In this document: one piece after another, positions 62,786 through 64,000 of the stretch
Layout of the letters: every line of letters starts with the position of its first letter
How positions within the stretch are numbered: position 1 is the stretch's first letter
NCBI GenBank assembly: GCA_036787695.1
Contig: DAIQOT010000001.1
Location: forward strand, 3,843 to 67,842
Direction: 5' to 3'
Source: Solirubrobacterales bacterium
GTDB lineage: Bacteria; Actinomycetota; Thermoleophilia; Solirubrobacterales; 70-9
Length of the DNA: 64,000 bases
The notes under the pieces: model-generated
The model's input: the letters and a program-made list of their open reading frames with translations, nothing else
What the model was told of the DNA's origin: nothing
Database searches by the model: none
Position numbers and translations under genes: made by a program

Positions 62786-64000
62786 CTACGGGGCGGCGCG
62801 GATCAGTTTCTTGTTGACGAACTCGTCGGCGCCGAAGTTGCCGAGCTCGCGGCCGAAGCCGGAGCGCTTGAAGCCGCCGAAGGGCAGCTCGGCACTGTCG
62901 GCGCCGACCAGGTTGATGTAGACCATGCCCGCTTCGATCTGGTTGGCGACGCGGTCGGCCTGCTCCTTGTCGTTCGTCATCAGGTAGGAGCCGAGGCCGA
63001 ACGAGGTGTCGTTGGCGAGCGCCACAGCCTCCTCCTCCGAGCCGACCTTGTAGACCTGCGCGACCGGGCCGAAGAACTCTTCCTGGGAGGCCTCGCTGCC
63101 TTTCTCGATGCCGGCGAGGATCGTCGGTTCGAAGAAGTTACCGTCGCGCTTGCCGCCGGTCACCACTTCGGCGCCGCCGGCGATCGCCCGTTTCACCTGG
63201 TCCTCGAGCCGGTCGGCGGCGGCCTTCGAGGAGAGCGGGCCGACGGCCGTGTCCTCGGAGGTCGGGTCGCCCGGCTTCGCCCCGTCGACCTGCTCCTTGA
63301 ACGCGGCGAGGAAGTCGTCGTAGTACTCGTCCTTGACGATGAACCGCTTCGCCGCGTTGCACGACTGGCCGGTGTTGTCGAGGCGCGCTTCGGCGGCCTG
63401 CTCGGCGACGGTGCCGATGTCGTCGGTGCCGAGGACGATGAACGGGTCCGACCCGCCCAGCTCGAGCACGACCTTCTTCAGGTTGCGGCCGGCGATCTCG
63501 GCGACCGCCGCGCCCGCCCGCTCGGAGCCGGTCACCGACACCCCGTGCACGTGCGGGTCACCGATCACCCACTCGATCTGGTCGTTGGTCGCGTAGATGT
63601 TGGTGTAGACGCCCGCGGGCGCGCCGGCGTCGTCGTAGATCTTCTGGATCGCCTCGGCCGATTCCGGGCACTGCGGCGCGTGCTTCAGCAGGATCGGGTT
63701 GCCGATGACGATGTTCGGGCCGGCGAAACGGGCCACCTGGTAGTAGGGGAAGTTCCACGGCATGATCCCGAGCAGCGTCCCGAAGGCGCTCCGGCGGACG
63801 ATCGCGGTGCCGTCGCCGCCGAAGTGCTTGACCTGCTCGTCGGCCATCAGTTCCTCGGCATTGTCGGCGTAGAAACCGTAGATTTCGGCGGCGAAGTCGA
63901 CCTCCATCAGGGCCTGCTCGACCGGCTTGCCCATCTCGCGGACGATGATCGAGGCGAGCTCCTCGCGGCGCTCGGAGTGCAGGTCGGCGACCTTGCGGAT
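62786..64000 (-). CDS. NAD(P)-dependent aldehyde / succinate-semialdehyde dehydrogenase (5' end outside window)
   Basis: LELGGSDP, catalytic-Cys block GQSCNAAKRF, and FPYYQV. The reading frame stays open to the window edge (…IRKVADLHSERREELASIIVREMGKP). Confidence 0.85.
   Translation of the reverse strand: MRKVADLHSERREELASIIVREMGKPVEQALMEVDFAAEIYGFYADNAEELMADEQVKHFGGDGTAIVRRSAFGTLLGIMPWNFPYYQVARFAGPNIVIGNPILLKHAPQCPESAEAIQKIYDDAGAPAGVYTNIYATNDQIEWVIGDPHVHGVSVTGSERAGAAVAEIAGRNLKKVVLELGGSDPFIVLGTDDIGTVAEQAAEARLDNTGQSCNAAKRFIVKDEYYDDFLAAFKEQVDGAKPGDPTSEDTAVGPLSSKAAADRLEDQVKRAIAGGAEVVTGGKRDGNFFEPTILAGIEKGSEASQEEFFGPVAQVYKVGSEEEAVALANDTSFGLGSYLMTNDKEQADRVANQIEAGMVYINLVGADSAELPFGGFKRSGFGRELGNFGADEFVNKKLIRAAP

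Noticed and set aside
1-64000. Mobile elements, prophage or a genomic island carrying the sulfur cluster
   Set aside because: I saw no transposase, integrase, tRNA attachment site or phage structural gene in any frame. Composition appears uniform apart from short AT-rich promoter regions.

Overview
High-GC (roughly 70% by eye) actinobacterium-like chromosomal window with about 55 protein-coding genes. I found no rRNA, tRNA, CRISPR array, transposase or integrase. Positions 427-34688 form an almost uninterrupted minus-strand organosulfur-scavenging supercluster. It holds nine luciferase-like (LLM) flavin monooxygenases (4 SsuD-type, 5 DszA/NtaA-type), two complete Dpp/Opp-type ABC importers and an SsuE-like FMN reductase. 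It also holds a CoA-transferase/crotonase/cysteine-dioxygenase-like module, plus ArsR, atypical LuxR and divergent LysR regulators. My best candidate for an undescribed system is a gene pair that occurs twice (2158-4840 and 29403-32088). The pair is an FAD/NAD(P)-binding protein followed, after an identical 52-nt spacer, by a RibB-like domain fused to a flavin reductase. In both copies the RibB-like domain appears to carry Gln/Arg/Gln at three positions I remember as catalytic or metal-binding in RibB. A 426-nt mosaic of nested palindromic units follows two ssuD paralogs (1-426 and 17369-17794). It includes a 382-nt tract identical between the two copies that crosses the ssuD stop codon. Two families of long GC-rich hairpins recur in intergenic positions across the window. 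The remainder contains: an orphan dcm / deazaflavin oxidoreductase / vsr trio; a surface cluster (collagen-like lipoprotein, M23 peptidase, 1527-aa multidomain protein with four lamin-tail-like repeats and 33 Gly-X-Y triplets, HtrA protease); a PabA-PabB type gene whose two domains lie in different frames; a thiolase; an animal-type heme peroxidase; a TauE-like exporter; a HEPN/MNT pair with an XRE gene; and housekeeping-type oxidoreductases, transporters and regulators. All functional calls come from motif recognition by eye in the supplied translations. No database search was run.
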